NCBI GenBank assembly: GCA_013362785.1
Contig: JABFVM010000222.1
Span: forward strand, 19 to 64,018
Source of the DNA: Streptomyces sp.
GTDB lineage: Bacteria > Actinomycetota > Actinomycetes > Streptomycetales > Streptomycetaceae
Length of the DNA: 64,000 nucleotides
Direction: 5' to 3'
Shown one piece after another: positions 1 through 8,045 of this stretch. The notes under the pieces are model-generated. The model made no database searches and was not told the DNA's origin. It saw only the letters and a program-made list of their open reading frames with translations. Position 1 is the first letter of the stretch. Every line of letters starts with the position of its first letter. Both the position numbers and the translations under genes were made by a program.

Positions 1-1062
1 CTTGGAGACGATGTTGGAGGAGGTGTTCGGCGCCATGTGGACCATCTTGGAGCCGGCGTCCTGGTGCTGCCCCTCGCCCGCGAAGGCGATGGACAGGGTC
101 TCGCCCTTGGCGTGCTCGCCCATCAGGTAGACGGCCGGGTACTTCATCGTCACCTTGGAGCCGATGTTGCCGTCGATCCACTCCATGGTCGCGCCCTCGT
201 AGGCGACGGCGCGCTTGGTGACCAGGTTGTAGACGTTGTTCGACCAGTTCTGGATGGTCGTGTAGCGGCAGCGGGCGTTCTTCTTGACGATGATCTCGAC
301 CACGGCGCTGTGCAGCGAGTCCGACTTGTAGATCGGGGCCGTACAACCCTCGACGTAGTGCACGTAGGCGCCCTCGTCGACGATGATCAGGGTCCGCTCG
401 AACTGGCCCATGTTCTCGGTGTTGATCCGGAAGTAGGCCTGGAGCGGGATCTCCACGTGCACGCCCTTCGGCACGTAGATGAAGGAGCCGCCCGACCACA
501 CGGCGGTGTTCAGGGAGGCGAACTTGTTGTCACCGACCGGGATGACGGTCCCGAAGTACTCCTTGAAGAGCTCCGGGTGCTCCTTCAGGGCGGTGTCGGT
601 GTCCAGGAAGATGACGCCCTGCTCCTCCAGGTCCTCGCGGATCTGGTGGTAGACGACCTCGGACTCGTACTGGGCCGCGACACCGGCGACGAGGCGCTGC
701 TTCTCCGCCTCGGGGATGCCGAGCTTGTCGTACGTGTTCTTGATGTCCTCGGGCAGGTCCTCCCAGGACTCCGCCTGCTTCTCCGTGGAGCGCACGAAGT
801 ACTTGATGTTGTCGAAGTCGATGCCGGAGAGGTCGGAGCCCCAGTTCGGCATGGGCTTCTTGTCGAACAGCCGCAGACCCTTGAGACGGAGCTTGGTCAT
901 CCACTCCGGCTCGCTCTTCTTCGCGGAGATGTCACGGACGACGTCCTCGCTCAGACCGCGCTTCGCAGAGGCGCCGGCTTCGTCGGAGTCGGCCCAGCCG
1001 TATTCGTACTTGCCCAGGCCCTCGAGCTCAGGGTGGGCAGTCTCCTCGATGGGGAGAGTCAT
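1..1062 (-). CDS. sufB: Fe-S cluster assembly protein SufB (5' part; runs off the left end of the window)
   Basis: Minus frame from ATG at 1062 reads [27 protein letters not shown]...[14 protein letters not shown]...YVEGCTAP...[16 protein letters not shown], which are SufB motifs. ATGA overlap with the sufR stop. Missing from the ORF track because it is open-ended. Confidence 0.95.
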   Translation of the reverse strand, partial: MTLPIEETAHPELEGLGKYEYGWADSDEAGASAKRGLSEDVVRDISAKKSEPEWMTKLRLKGLRLFDKKPMPNWGSDLSGIDFDNIKYFVRSTEKQAESWEDLPEDIKNTYDKLGIPEAEKQRLVAGVAAQYESEVVYHQIREDLEEQGVIFLDTDTALKEHPELFKEYFGTVIPVGDNKFASLNTAVWSGGSFIYVPKGVHVEIPLQAYFRINTENMGQFERTLIIVDEGAYVHYVEGCTAPIYKSDSLHSAVVEIIVKKNARCRYTTIQNWSNNVYNLVTKRAVAYEGATMEWIDGNIGSKVTMKYPAVYLMGEHAKGETLSIAFAGEGQHQDAGSKMVHMAPNTSSNIVSK

Positions 1063-1811
1063 GCGGGGTTCCTCCCGGCCGTGCTTGCAGATGCGTTATG
1101 TGAGGTGTGGGAAATCTTGGGGATGAACGTCGTGCAGACGCCGTCGCCGTGCGCGATGGTCGCCAGTCGCTGGACGTGCGTTCCGAGCAGCTCGGCGAAG
1201 ATCTCCGTCTCCGCCTCGCACAGCTGGGGGAACTGCTCCGCGACATGGGCGACCGGGCAGTGGTGCTGGCAGAGCTGCTCGCCTTTTTGAGGGAGGGGTG
1301 CGCTGCGCGCCGTTGCAGCGTACCCGTCTGCGCTCAGGGCCTTGGCCAGGGCTTCGGTCCGCTCGTCCGGGCTGACGGCCTCGATCGCCTTGCGGTACGC
1401 GCTCGCCTGTGCGGCGATCCGGGCCCGGGCGAAGGCGGCGACCGCCTCGCTCCCGCCCTCGCGCTCGGCGATCCACTTCAGGGCGTCCGCGGCGAGCTTG
1501 TCGTACGACTGGTCGAAGGCGTCGCGGCCGCAGTCGGTGAGCGCGAAGACCTTGGCGGGACGGCCACGCGTGCGCGTGCCGTACACCCGCTGCTCCCGGG
1601 CCTCCACGACATCGTCCGCGACCAGCGCGTCCAGATGCCTGCGTACGGCCGCCTGGGTGAGACCCAGCCGGCCGGCCAGCTCGGCGACGGTCGACGGCCC
1701 GTGGTCCAGGATGGACCGCGCGACCCGGTTGCGCGTCGAGCGCTCTCCGGTCGCGAGCTCCTCCTGAGGGGCCCCCGTGGGGGTCTCCCGAGCCTCGCCG
1801 ACGTTTTTCAC
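1059..1811 (-). CDS. sufR: SufR, Fe-S-sensing HTH transcriptional regulator
   Basis: HTH ([21 protein letters not shown]), RGRP motif, Cys motif CQHHCP...CEAE...C. Translationally coupled to sufB. GTG start at 1811 chosen. Confidence 0.9.
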   Translation of the reverse strand: MKNVGEARETPTGAPQEELATGERSTRNRVARSILDHGPSTVAELAGRLGLTQAAVRRHLDALVADDVVEAREQRVYGTRTRGRPAKVFALTDCGRDAFDQSYDKLAADALKWIAEREGGSEAVAAFARARIAAQASAYRKAIEAVSPDERTEALAKALSADGYAATARSAPLPQKGEQLCQHHCPVAHVAEQFPQLCEAETEIFAELLGTHVQRLATIAHGDGVCTTFIPKISHTSHNASASTAGRNPA

Positions 1812-1824
1812 AACGCCATTGTTG
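1811..1824. promoter_or_regulatory. Probable SufR operator CAAC-N6-GTTG
   Basis: CAACGCCATTGTTG sits at the sufR start codon and matches the palindrome I recall being reported for Streptomyces SufR. Confidence 0.7.
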
Positions 1825-1878
1825 CGTAATTCCTCAAAGCCAGGCAAGCCGCGTCCGGGGACCTCGATGGTGCCCTGC

Positions 1879-1897
1879 GTCACTTAGGCATACCTAA
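1879..1897. promoter_or_regulatory. IdeR/DmdR-like iron box upstream of sufR
   Basis: GTCACTTAGGCATACCTAA matches 13/19 positions of TTAGGTTAGGCTAACCTAA and contains a TTAGG-N4-CCTAA inverted repeat. Confidence 0.55.
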
Positions 1898-1984
1898 TCT
1901 GACCTGCGGAAATGATCTTTGATCGATCAAAAGCGGGGGCAATTCGCTGGCGCCGTCCCGCCCCGTCCGGGACACTCCCGAACC

Positions 1985-2782
1985 ATGTCGACACCCCCTC
2001 CGACCGGCCCTCTTGTCACTCGGGGCACCCTCGCAGCACAAATGCGCGAGCTGGGCATCCAAAGCGGTGAAACGCTTCTCGTGCACTCCTCGCTCAGCTC
2101 CCTCGGCTGGGTGTGCGGCGGCGCCGTCGCGGCCGTCCAGGGACTCCTCGACGTACTCGGCCCGGACGGCACACTGGTGGTGCCCACACAGTCCGGCGAT
2201 CTGTCGGACCCGGCCGACTGGGGCAGGCCGCCAGTGCCCGAGGAGTGGTGGGAGACGATCCGGGCCACGATGCCCGCCTACGACCCGCGCGTCACACCCA
2301 CGCGCGGGATGGGCGTGATCCCGGAGACCGTACGCACCTGGCCGGGCGCCCTGCGCAGCGCGCACCCCCAGTGCTCGTTCGCCGCCGTCGGCCCCCGTGC
2401 GCGGAGGGTGACCGCCGGGCACGCCCCCGACTGCAGCCTCGGCGAGCACAGCCCGCTGGCCCGACTGGAGGAGCTCCACGCGCGCGTGCTCCTGCTGGGC
2501 GCGGGCTGGGACTCGTGCACCAGCTTCCACCTGGCCGAATACCGGATCCCGGCACCGCGCGTGAAGCGGGGCCGGCCGGGCCCGGCCGGCTGGGAGGTGG
2601 TCACCGAGGTGTCGATCACCTCGGAGCGGTTCGACGAGCTGGGGCACGACTTCGAACGGGACCGTCCCGTCGTACGCGGGAAGGTGGGCGCGGCCGACGC
2701 ACGGCTGTTCCCGGTGGCCGACGCCGTGGCGTACGCGGAGCGCTGGCTGGAGACACACCGCCCCCGTACGGAGGAGATGTGA
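1985..2782 (+). CDS. AAC(3)/YokD-family N-acetyltransferase
   Basis: [38 protein letters not shown] motifs of the Antibiotic_NAT family. Confidence 0.85.
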   Translation: MSTPPPTGPLVTRGTLAAQMRELGIQSGETLLVHSSLSSLGWVCGGAVAAVQGLLDVLGPDGTLVVPTQSGDLSDPADWGRPPVPEEWWETIRATMPAYDPRVTPTRGMGVIPETVRTWPGALRSAHPQCSFAAVGPRARRVTAGHAPDCSLGEHSPLARLEELHARVLLLGAGWDSCTSFHLAEYRIPAPRVKRGRPGPAGWEVVTEVSITSERFDELGHDFERDRPVVRGKVGAADARLFPVADAVAYAERWLETHRPRTEEM

Positions 2783-2827
2783 ACCCGGCCGTATGGGGGA
2801 CGAGCCGCCTACCTAGACTCTGGAGCC

Positions 2828-3751
2828 ATGCGAACTGAGCCCGTGGTCCAGGTCCAGGCCCTGGTGAAGCGGTACGGCACGAAGACCGCGGTGAACGGCC
2901 TAGACCTGGTGGCCCGGGCGGGTGTGACCGCCGTGCTCGGACCCAACGGCGCGGGCAAGACGACGACCGTCGAGACCTGCGAGGGATACCGCAGGCCGGA
3001 CTCCGGCACGGTGCGTGTCCTGGGCCTCGACCCGCTGAAACAGTCCCGTGAGCTGCGGCCGCGCATCGGCGTGATGCTGCAGTCCGGCGGCGTCTACTCC
3101 GGCGCGCGGGCGGACGAGATGCTGCGGCACGTGGCGAAACTGCACGCGCATCCCCTCGACGTCGACGCCCTCATCGAGCGGCTCGGCCTCGACAGCTGCG
3201 GCCGGACCACCTATCGGCGTCTCTCCGGCGGCCAGCAGCAGCGACTCGCGCTCGCCATGGCGGTTGTCGGCCGCCCCGAGCTGGTGTTCCTGGACGAGCC
3301 GACCGCCGGGCTCGACCCGCAGGCCCGCCGGTCCACCTGGGAGCTGATCCGGGAGCTGCGCGCCGACGGTGTCTCCGTGATCCTCACGACCCACTACATG
3401 GACGAGGCCGAGCAGCTCGCCGACGACGTCGCGATCATCGACGCCGGCCGGGTCATCGCCCAGGGCTCCCCCGAGGAGCTGTGCCGCGGCGGCGCCGAGA
3501 ACACCCTGCGCTTCCTCGGCCGCCCCGGCCTGGACGTGGGGTCCCTGCTGAAGGCCCTGCCCGCCGACTGCACGGCCGCGGAGCTGACGCCGGGCTCGTA
3601 CCGGGTCGTCGGCAAGGTCGACCCCCAGCTGCTCGCGACGGTGACGTCGTGGTGTGCGCAGCACGGGGTGATGCCGGAGAAGATCTCGGTCGAGCGGCAC
3701 ACCCTGGAGGACGTCTTCCTGGAACTGACCGGCAAGGAGCTGCGTTCGTGA
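2828..3751 (+). CDS. ABC-2 type exporter ATP-binding subunit
   Basis: Walker A GPNGAGKT, signature LSGGQQQR, Walker B VFLDEPT. Confidence 0.92.
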   Translation: MRTEPVVQVQALVKRYGTKTAVNGLDLVARAGVTAVLGPNGAGKTTTVETCEGYRRPDSGTVRVLGLDPLKQSRELRPRIGVMLQSGGVYSGARADEMLRHVAKLHAHPLDVDALIERLGLDSCGRTTYRRLSGGQQQRLALAMAVVGRPELVFLDEPTAGLDPQARRSTWELIRELRADGVSVILTTHYMDEAEQLADDVAIIDAGRVIAQGSPEELCRGGAENTLRFLGRPGLDVGSLLKALPADCTAAELTPGSYRVVGKVDPQLLATVTSWCAQHGVMPEKISVERHTLEDVFLELTGKELRS

Positions 3752-4524
3752 CCACCGTCGGTACGGGTACGTACACCCCCCAGCCTGGAGCCGCCCCCCT
3801 CGCCCGCATGATCGCGGCCCAGGCGGCACTTGAGACCAAGATGCTGCTGCGCAACGGCGAGCAGCTGCTCCTGACCGTCGTGATCCCCACCCTGCTGCTG
3901 GTCCTCTTCAGCTCGGTGGACATCGTCGACACGGGCGCCGGCGAGGCCGTCGACTTCCTCGCCCCCGGCATCCTCGCGCTCGCGGTGATGTCGACGGCGT
4001 TCACGGGCCAGGCCATCGCCACGGGCTTCGAGCGCCGGTACGGCGTGCTCAAGCGGCTGGCCTCCTCGCCGCTCCCCCGCTGGGCCCTGATGACGGCGAA
4101 GACGGCGTCGGTGCTGGTCACCGAGGTGCTCCAGATCGCCCTGCTGACGGTGATCGCGTTCGCGCTGGGCTGGTCGCCGCACGGCAACCCGGCCGCCGTG
4201 GTGCTCCTCCTCGTCCTCGGTACGGCGGCCTTCTCCGGGCTCGGCCTGCTGATGGCCGGCACGCTCAAGGCGGAGGCGACACTGGCCGCCGCCAATCTCG
4301 TCTTCCTGCTGCTGCTCGTCGGCGGTGGCGTCATCGTGCCGCTGGACAAGTTCCCGCCGGGCGCCCAGGACGTGCTCGGTCTGCTGCCCATCTCCGCGCT
4401 CTCCGACGGACTGCGCGACGTGCTCCAGCACGGGGCCGGGATGCCCTGGGGCGACCTGGGGATCCTGGCCGTGTGGGCGGTCGTGGGGCTCGCCGCGGCG
4501 GGGAAGTTCTTCCGCTGGGAGTAG
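3748..4524 (+). CDS. ABC-2 type exporter permease
   Basis: GTGA overlap with the ATPase stop, ~6 TM segments, FERRYGVLKRL motif. Confidence 0.88.
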   Translation: MTTVGTGTYTPQPGAAPLARMIAAQAALETKMLLRNGEQLLLTVVIPTLLLVLFSSVDIVDTGAGEAVDFLAPGILALAVMSTAFTGQAIATGFERRYGVLKRLASSPLPRWALMTAKTASVLVTEVLQIALLTVIAFALGWSPHGNPAAVVLLLVLGTAAFSGLGLLMAGTLKAEATLAAANLVFLLLLVGGGVIVPLDKFPPGAQDVLGLLPISALSDGLRDVLQHGAGMPWGDLGILAVWAVVGLAAAGKFFRWE

Positions 4525-4531
4525 GTCCGTA

Positions 4532-4571
4532 AGTCCTCTCCCGGGACCCTCAGTCCTCTCCCGGGACCCTC
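4532..4571. repeat. Perfect 20-bp tandem duplication AGTCCTCTCCCGGGACCCTC x2
   Basis: Read directly at 4532-4551 and 4552-4571. Confidence 0.95.
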
Positions 4572-4609
4572 GTGAAAGCGTGCACAAGCGGCCGCCTACG
4601 ATAGGGCGC

Positions 4610-5614
4610 GTGCCAAACGTGACCCGCGCCGACGCCATGGCTGCCGTGCGCAACCCGCTCGCCTTCATCGCCGCACGCTGGACCCCGACCCCGAGAACGG
4701 TCCAACGGGCGGCTCTCGCCGCGCTCGTGATGTCGGTGGTCATCGTGGTCACCGGCGGCGCGGTGCGCCTCACCGGGTCCGGGCTCGGCTGCCCGACCTG
4801 GCCCAAGTGCACCGACGACTCGCTCACCGCCACCAGCGAGATGGGCGTCCACGGTGTGATCGAGTTCGGCAACCGGATGCTGACGTACGTGCTGTGCGCG
4901 GCCGTCGGCTGGGCGATCATCGCCGCACGCTCCGAGAAGCCGTACCGGCGCAGCCTGACCCGGCTGGGCTGGGCGCAGTTCTGGATCGTGATGAGCAACG
5001 CGGTGCTCGGCGGCATCGTCGTGCTGGTCGGCCTCAACCCGTACACGGTCGCGGCGCACTTCCTGCTCTCCTCCGCGCTGATCGCCGTCGCCACGGTGAT
5101 GTGGCAGCGCACCCGGGAGGGTGACTCGGCGCCGCGTCCGCTGGTCGGCAAGGCAGTGCAGCAGCTCGTGTGGTTCCTGGTCACGGCCTCCGCGCTGCTG
5201 ATCGCGGTCGGCACGGTCGTCACCGGCGCGGGTCCGCACGCGGGCGACTCCAGCGAGGTCGAGCGGATGCCGCTCGACTGGGAGAACGTCACCAAGCTGC
5301 ACGCCGTGCTGGCCTGGATCGTGGTCACGCTGACGTTCGCCCTGTGGTTCGTCCTCAAGGCGGTCGACGCCCCGAAGGGCCCCCTGAACCGCACCCGCGA
5401 CCTCTTCCTGATCCTCCTCGCCCAGGGCGTCATCGGCTACGTCCAGTACTTCACGGACCTCCCGGAGATCCTGGTCGGCCTGCACATGCTCGGCTCGGCC
5501 GTGACATGGATCGCGGTGCTGCGAGTGCTGTTGGCGCTGCGGGAGCGGTCCGCGGAGGACGTGGAGGTCCCCGGTTCCGCGCAGTCGGGGTCAGCCGTGG
5601 GCGCCGGGGTCTGA
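4610..5614 (+). CDS. ctaA: Heme A synthase (COX15/CtaA family)
   Basis: TGGAVRLTGSGLGCPTWPKC, IEFGNR, conserved His in TM helices (AAHF, KLHA, GLHM). Probable leaderless GTG start 7 nt after TACGAT. Confidence 0.85.
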   Translation: MPNVTRADAMAAVRNPLAFIAARWTPTPRTVQRAALAALVMSVVIVVTGGAVRLTGSGLGCPTWPKCTDDSLTATSEMGVHGVIEFGNRMLTYVLCAAVGWAIIAARSEKPYRRSLTRLGWAQFWIVMSNAVLGGIVVLVGLNPYTVAAHFLLSSALIAVATVMWQRTREGDSAPRPLVGKAVQQLVWFLVTASALLIAVGTVVTGAGPHAGDSSEVERMPLDWENVTKLHAVLAWIVVTLTFALWFVLKAVDAPKGPLNRTRDLFLILLAQGVIGYVQYFTDLPEILVGLHMLGSAVTWIAVLRVLLALRERSAEDVEVPGSAQSGSAVGAGV

Positions 5615-6274
5615 CGCGCCGTCGGCCCGGCCCGCACGGTCCTCAGAATCCCTCGGTGACCTGCCGTTCCCGGGCGTGCTCGGCGTCAGTCCTTCTCCCG
5701 GGCTGTCCTGCGGTGCCGTCAGGAGTGTGTTGAACACGGCGCGCAGCTTGTCCACGGTCTGCCGGGAGAACATCCCCACCAAGGCCGCCACGGCCGCCAC
5801 GCCGTACGGATTGATCACCTCCGACGACGCCACGCTGGTCGTGAGCCCACCGCGCAGCACGCAGTAGACGACGAGGGCCAACGCCGCCCCGACGAACGGC
5901 TCCAGCAGGTACATCGTCATCCAGCTGCGGCGCAGCCGCCGGTTGCCGACGTACTCGTACACCGAGCGCAGTACATGGATCAGGGCGCCCAGTCCGCCTG
6001 CCGACACCACGACCAGGAAGAGCAGCGTGTCGCGCGACAGGCCGGTCGTCCAGATCAGGATCCGGGTGCTGGTCTCCTTCACGGTGCCGCCGTCCGGTGC
6101 GGCGGGCGGCGGCCATGCCTGGAGCAGGACCGTGATGAGCGCGGCGGTGAGGAACAGCAGTACCCCGACCAGGACGACGACGTCCCATACCGTCGCGAAC
6201 CGGCTGCCCACGTCCATCCGCTGCGGCTGCCGCCCGACCGGCCGGTCCGGCTGCGCCGTTCCCCCTTCCGCCAT
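5591..6274 (-). CDS. Uncharacterised ~4-TM membrane protein
   Basis: Four hydrophobic segments; GGLGALIH...YVGNR...SW...PFVGA.LA...LRGG...NPYG...GMFS pattern; GC3-rich frame; starts 10 bp after the ROK gene stop. Confidence 0.75.
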   Translation of the reverse strand: MAEGGTAQPDRPVGRQPQRMDVGSRFATVWDVVVLVGVLLFLTAALITVLLQAWPPPAAPDGGTVKETSTRILIWTTGLSRDTLLFLVVVSAGGLGALIHVLRSVYEYVGNRRLRRSWMTMYLLEPFVGAALALVVYCVLRGGLTTSVASSEVINPYGVAAVAALVGMFSRQTVDKLRAVFNTLLTAPQDSPGEGLTPSTPGNGRSPRDSEDRAGRADGASDPGAHG

Positions 6275-6283
6275 CGTGCACCC

Positions 6284-7813
6284 CTAGTCCCGGCCGAGCC
6301 TGTCCCGGGCGACCGCGGCTGCGGCGCGGGCTCCCAGTTCGTCCTCGTAGGGGCGGGTCACCAGCCGTGCTTCGCCCGCCGTGGAGAACGCGTGCTCGGT
6401 GCAGGTGTTTCGGACCGCGTTCATGAAGACCTGCGCGGCGGGAAACTCCTCCCGTCCCTCCGTCACCAGTGCCTCGGGGCCGTACAGCACGACGTGTTCC
6501 GGATTGGTGAGGTTGAGCAGATCGGCGAGGCCGAGGCCCAGTGCGCGGCCGGCCTCCTCCAGGGAATCGTTGACGGCCTTGCTCTCCTTGCCGAGCAGGG
6601 CGAGCGCCGCACTCAGATCCGGTACGCCGTGCCCGGTCAGCTCGTCGACCCGGCGGGCGATGGCGTCGGTGCCCGCGACGCTCTCCAGGCAGCCGCTGTT
6701 CCCGCAGCTGCATGCGTGGCCGCAATAGCTCTCGACGACGACGTGTCCGATCTCGCCCGCGGCCCCCGACGCCCCGTGCAGAATCCGGCCGTCGACCATC
6801 AGTCCGGCGCCGATGCCCTTGTCGAGCAGCACCACGGCGAAGTCGTCGCTGTCCCCGGCGTCGCCCAGTGTCCGGGCCAGTTGGGCCAGGGCGTTGGCGT
6901 CGTTCTCCAGGACTGTCGGCAGACCGGTCGCCTCCTGCAGCGCCGCCGCCCATGAGAAGCCCGGCCAATCGGCGTCCGACGCGTAGTTGGGCGCGTTGAC
7001 GACATCGCCGCGTCCGCTCGCCACATGGCCACCGATCTCCACACCCAGGGCGGTCCGGCCTGCCTGTGCGGCGTCGGCGGCCGCCGGTACCTCGTCCAGG
7101 AGACGGTGCACGAGCTCGGTGAAGGCGGCGGTCAGCTCCTCCTGTCCACCGAGGCGCTCATCGCTGCTCGCCGTGGCCAGGACCTCTCCCTGCGGATCGG
7201 TCACCACGCCGGTCAGCGAGGAGGGCCGCACCTTGACGCCCACGCAGTAGTCGAGGCGTGTGGGCTCCGGGGCGAGCAGCCCGGCCTGCTCCAGGTACTG
7301 CGCGCCGCGCGGGGTGATTCCCCAGGAGTTGCGGCGCCACTGCCGGCTCTTCCACGCCACGCCGGCGCCGAGCATCTTCCGCCCGATGCGGCTGACCTCG
7401 GTGATGTCCACGTCCAGCAGCTTCGCGAGCTGCTCGTTGCTCAGACCGGGCTCGCGGGCGACCGCGGTCAGGAAGCGGGCCGCGTGCCCCTGCGGGTCGA
7501 GGGCCAGCTGCAGGCCCGAGGGGAGTCGGCGCAGCGCCCAGTAGGTCATGTCGATCAGTCCGAGCAGGCGGCCGTGCTGCTGTGCGCGTGTCCCCTTGTC
7601 CCGGTCGGCGCGCAGATGGCTGCCGTACAGCCTGCGCAGCCCGTCATGGGCGGCCCGGAGCGCCGGTTCGTCGGCGGTCAGTGATGCGTCGGTGACGATC
7701 ATGGCCAGGGAACTGAACTTCCCCGACGGTATCTCGTCCAGCGACCGCATCTCCTCCAACATGGCCCTCACTTCGGTTAACCGATCACGCTCGGGCTCCT
7801 TCGACTCACTCAT
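6284..7813 (-). CDS. Fusion of an N-terminal helical domain, a MarR-like winged HTH and a ROK domain (regulator)
   Basis: wHTH PGLSNEQLAKLLDVDITEVSRIGRKM...WGITPRG. ROK motifs ENDANALA, GIGAGL, GAAGEIGH and Zn motif CSCGNSGCLE. RBS AGGAAGGAG before ATG 7813. TTA at codon 12. Confidence 0.85.
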   Translation of the reverse strand: MSESKEPERDRLTEVRAMLEEMRSLDEIPSGKFSSLAMIVTDASLTADEPALRAAHDGLRRLYGSHLRADRDKGTRAQQHGRLLGLIDMTYWALRRLPSGLQLALDPQGHAARFLTAVAREPGLSNEQLAKLLDVDITEVSRIGRKMLGAGVAWKSRQWRRNSWGITPRGAQYLEQAGLLAPEPTRLDYCVGVKVRPSSLTGVVTDPQGEVLATASSDERLGGQEELTAAFTELVHRLLDEVPAAADAAQAGRTALGVEIGGHVASGRGDVVNAPNYASDADWPGFSWAAALQEATGLPTVLENDANALAQLARTLGDAGDSDDFAVVLLDKGIGAGLMVDGRILHGASGAAGEIGHVVVESYCGHACSCGNSGCLESVAGTDAIARRVDELTGHGVPDLSAALALLGKESKAVNDSLEEAGRALGLGLADLLNLTNPEHVVLYGPEALVTEGREEFPAAQVFMNAVRNTCTEHAFSTAGEARLVTRPYEDELGARAAAAVARDRLGRD

Positions 7814-7867
7814 GTCACTCTCCTTCCTCGCCCCCGTTTTTGGGTTGCTCCCCCACCATGAGGGCGC

Positions 7868-7898
7868 TGTCAAGTGAGTGTCAAGTGAGGATTCTTGA
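7868..7898. promoter_or_regulatory. Candidate promoter/operator of the ROK-nitrilase divergon
   Basis: TGTCAAGTGAG x2 (7868-7889), giving two TTGACA hexamers on the minus strand, overlapped by the inverted repeat TCAAG-N8-CTTGA (7881-7898). Confidence 0.55.
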
Positions 7899-8045
7899 TC
7901 CTTTCCGAGTCTTTACGGAGGACCGGCGAATGATCGAGCAAGGTACACCGCAGCGCATTTGTGACCTGTTTTTCGAAGAATCCGGTACGACCGCGTGTAG
8001 GGCTCCACTAATATCCGGCTACGCGCTCACGCTTCGGGGGGAAAG

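Noticed and set aside
37-1290. 417-aa plus-strand ORF
   Set aside because: Antisense shadow of sufB/sufR. The minus frame carries the recognisable motifs.
1805-1835. SigR promoter (GGAAT...GTT) at sufR
   Set aside because: The spacing between GGAAT and GTT is 14 nt, not about 18.
1985-2782. Acquired aminoglycoside-resistance gene
   Set aside because: Host-like codon usage and no mobile context. The family includes non-resistance acetyltransferases, so resistance cannot be claimed.
6284-7300. ROK domain as an active glucokinase
   Set aside because: It lacks the N-terminal DxGGT phosphate-binding motif and is fused to a wHTH.
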